64,000 nt of DNA from Verrucomicrobiota bacterium (GTDB lineage Bacteria; Verrucomicrobiota; Verrucomicrobiia; Opitutales; UBA953): positions 51,946 to 115,945 of the forward strand of contig JBEEPO010000003.1 of the NCBI GenBank assembly GCA_041191065.1, in the 5' to 3' direction. A program made the translations under genes and the position numbers. The notes under the pieces are model-generated. The model saw only the letters and a list, made by a program, of their open reading frames with translations, did not search any database and was not told the origin of the DNA. This document shows positions 63,395 to 64,000 of the stretch, one piece after another (the first letter of the stretch is position 1; every line of letters starts with the position of its first letter).

Positions 63395-64000
63395 TGAGCG
63401 TCATCCCCGTCCTCACGGCCGGATTCGGCGAAGGCCATAACGCCGCCGCCCGCTCGATCATCGAGGCGCTCGCCCGCAAGCCCGGCCTGACCGGCGAGCT
63501 GCACGACCTCTTCCTCGAGGCTTACGGGGCCGAGAAGGCCAAGAGCCAGCGCGACAGCTACATCGGCGTCGCGAACAAGTATCCGCGCCTCTGGGGCTGT
63601 CTGTATGCGGCGCTCGACCGCCTGCCGCTCGTGCGCGCTTCGCTGCCGTTCGTGCGTCCGGTCGAGAAGACCTTGAACGCGATGCTCGACGCCACGCAGC
63701 CGTCGGTCGTGGTCTCGGCCTACCCGCTCTACAATTACATGATGGCCCGGCGCTGGCACCGCGACGATCCCAAGCGTCCGCGCCTGATCACCGTCGTCAC
63801 CGATTCCATCTCCGTGAACCGCGCCTGGCATCGCGCGCACTCCGATTGGTTCGTGACCCCGAACCAAGCGACGGCCGACGTCATGATCCGCCAGGGCGTG
63901 CCCGCCGCGAAGGTCCTCCCTTACGGCTTCCCGGTCTCGTCGCGCCTCGCCCCCCGTTCTTCGGCCAAGGCCGGCGAACGCCCGCGCGTGCTCCTGATGC
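63394..64000 (+). CDS. MGDG-synthase-like / processive diacylglycerol glycosyltransferase (GT28 family), N-terminal part (runs off the right edge)
   Basis: Absent from the track because it is edge-truncated. Hand translation from the ATG at 63394 (TGATG overlap with the previous stop) gives MSVIPVLTAGFGEGHNAAARSIIEALARKPGL...VVVSAYPLYNYMM...LITVVTDSISVNRAWHRAHSDWFVTPNQATADVMIRQGVPAAKV.... The frame is open to 64000. The GxGHxxAA and TD..S.N..W motifs fit the MGDG_synth N-terminal domain. Confidence 0.7.
   Translation, partial: MSVIPVLTAGFGEGHNAAARSIIEALARKPGLTGELHDLFLEAYGAEKAKSQRDSYIGVANKYPRLWGCLYAALDRLPLVRASLPFVRPVEKTLNAMLDATQPSVVVSAYPLYNYMMARRWHRDDPKRPRLITVVTDSISVNRAWHRAHSDWFVTPNQATADVMIRQGVPAAKVLPYGFPVSSRLAPRSSAKAGERPRVLLM

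Overview
This is a very GC-rich bacterial chromosomal segment. The gene content (a giant PATR-repeat autotransporter, several sulfatases, a PL5-like lyase, almost no Shine-Dalgarno signals) suggests a Verrucomicrobiota/Opitutae-like genome, but the taxon is inference only. About 56% of the window is one uninterrupted 35,715-nt ORF (11799-47513, minus strand). It encodes an 11,904-aa classical autotransporter with a signal-peptide-like N-terminus, roughly 11,000 aa of Gly/Thr/Ala/Leu/Ser/Asn-rich beta-strand repeats, and a C-terminal beta-barrel ending in ...GYRRRF. This gene, a divergently transcribed GntR-HTH/LacI-type (AraR-like) regulator, rlmI and ppnP together fill about 39.5 kb between nuoBCDEF and nuoGHI of respiratory complex I. 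nuoA and nuoJ-N are not in the window. Other genes are a partial TonB-dependent receptor, a GT2 glycosyltransferase, RNase R overlapping a CBS-domain family II pyrophosphatase, an OYE/NemA-type flavin reductase, a translationally coupled sulfatase / alginate-lyase-family / sulfatase operon, a DUF47-PiT phosphate transporter pair, and an LpxH-like phosphoesterase overlapping a partial MGDG-synthase-like glycosyltransferase. Nearly every intergenic spacer carries a mosaic of short interspersed modules. These include a CTCAARGGGARACCGGARACCGGAT motif, GGGGCAGCAC..GTGCTGCCCC hairpins, GGTAGGG...CCCTACC-bracketed double hairpins, (GGGCTA)n/(CCCTAG)n hexamer runs, and G-run motifs with G-quadruplex potential. 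No rRNA, tRNA, CRISPR array, transposase or integrase was recognised. All calls come from reading the sequence and the supplied ORF translations; no database search was run.
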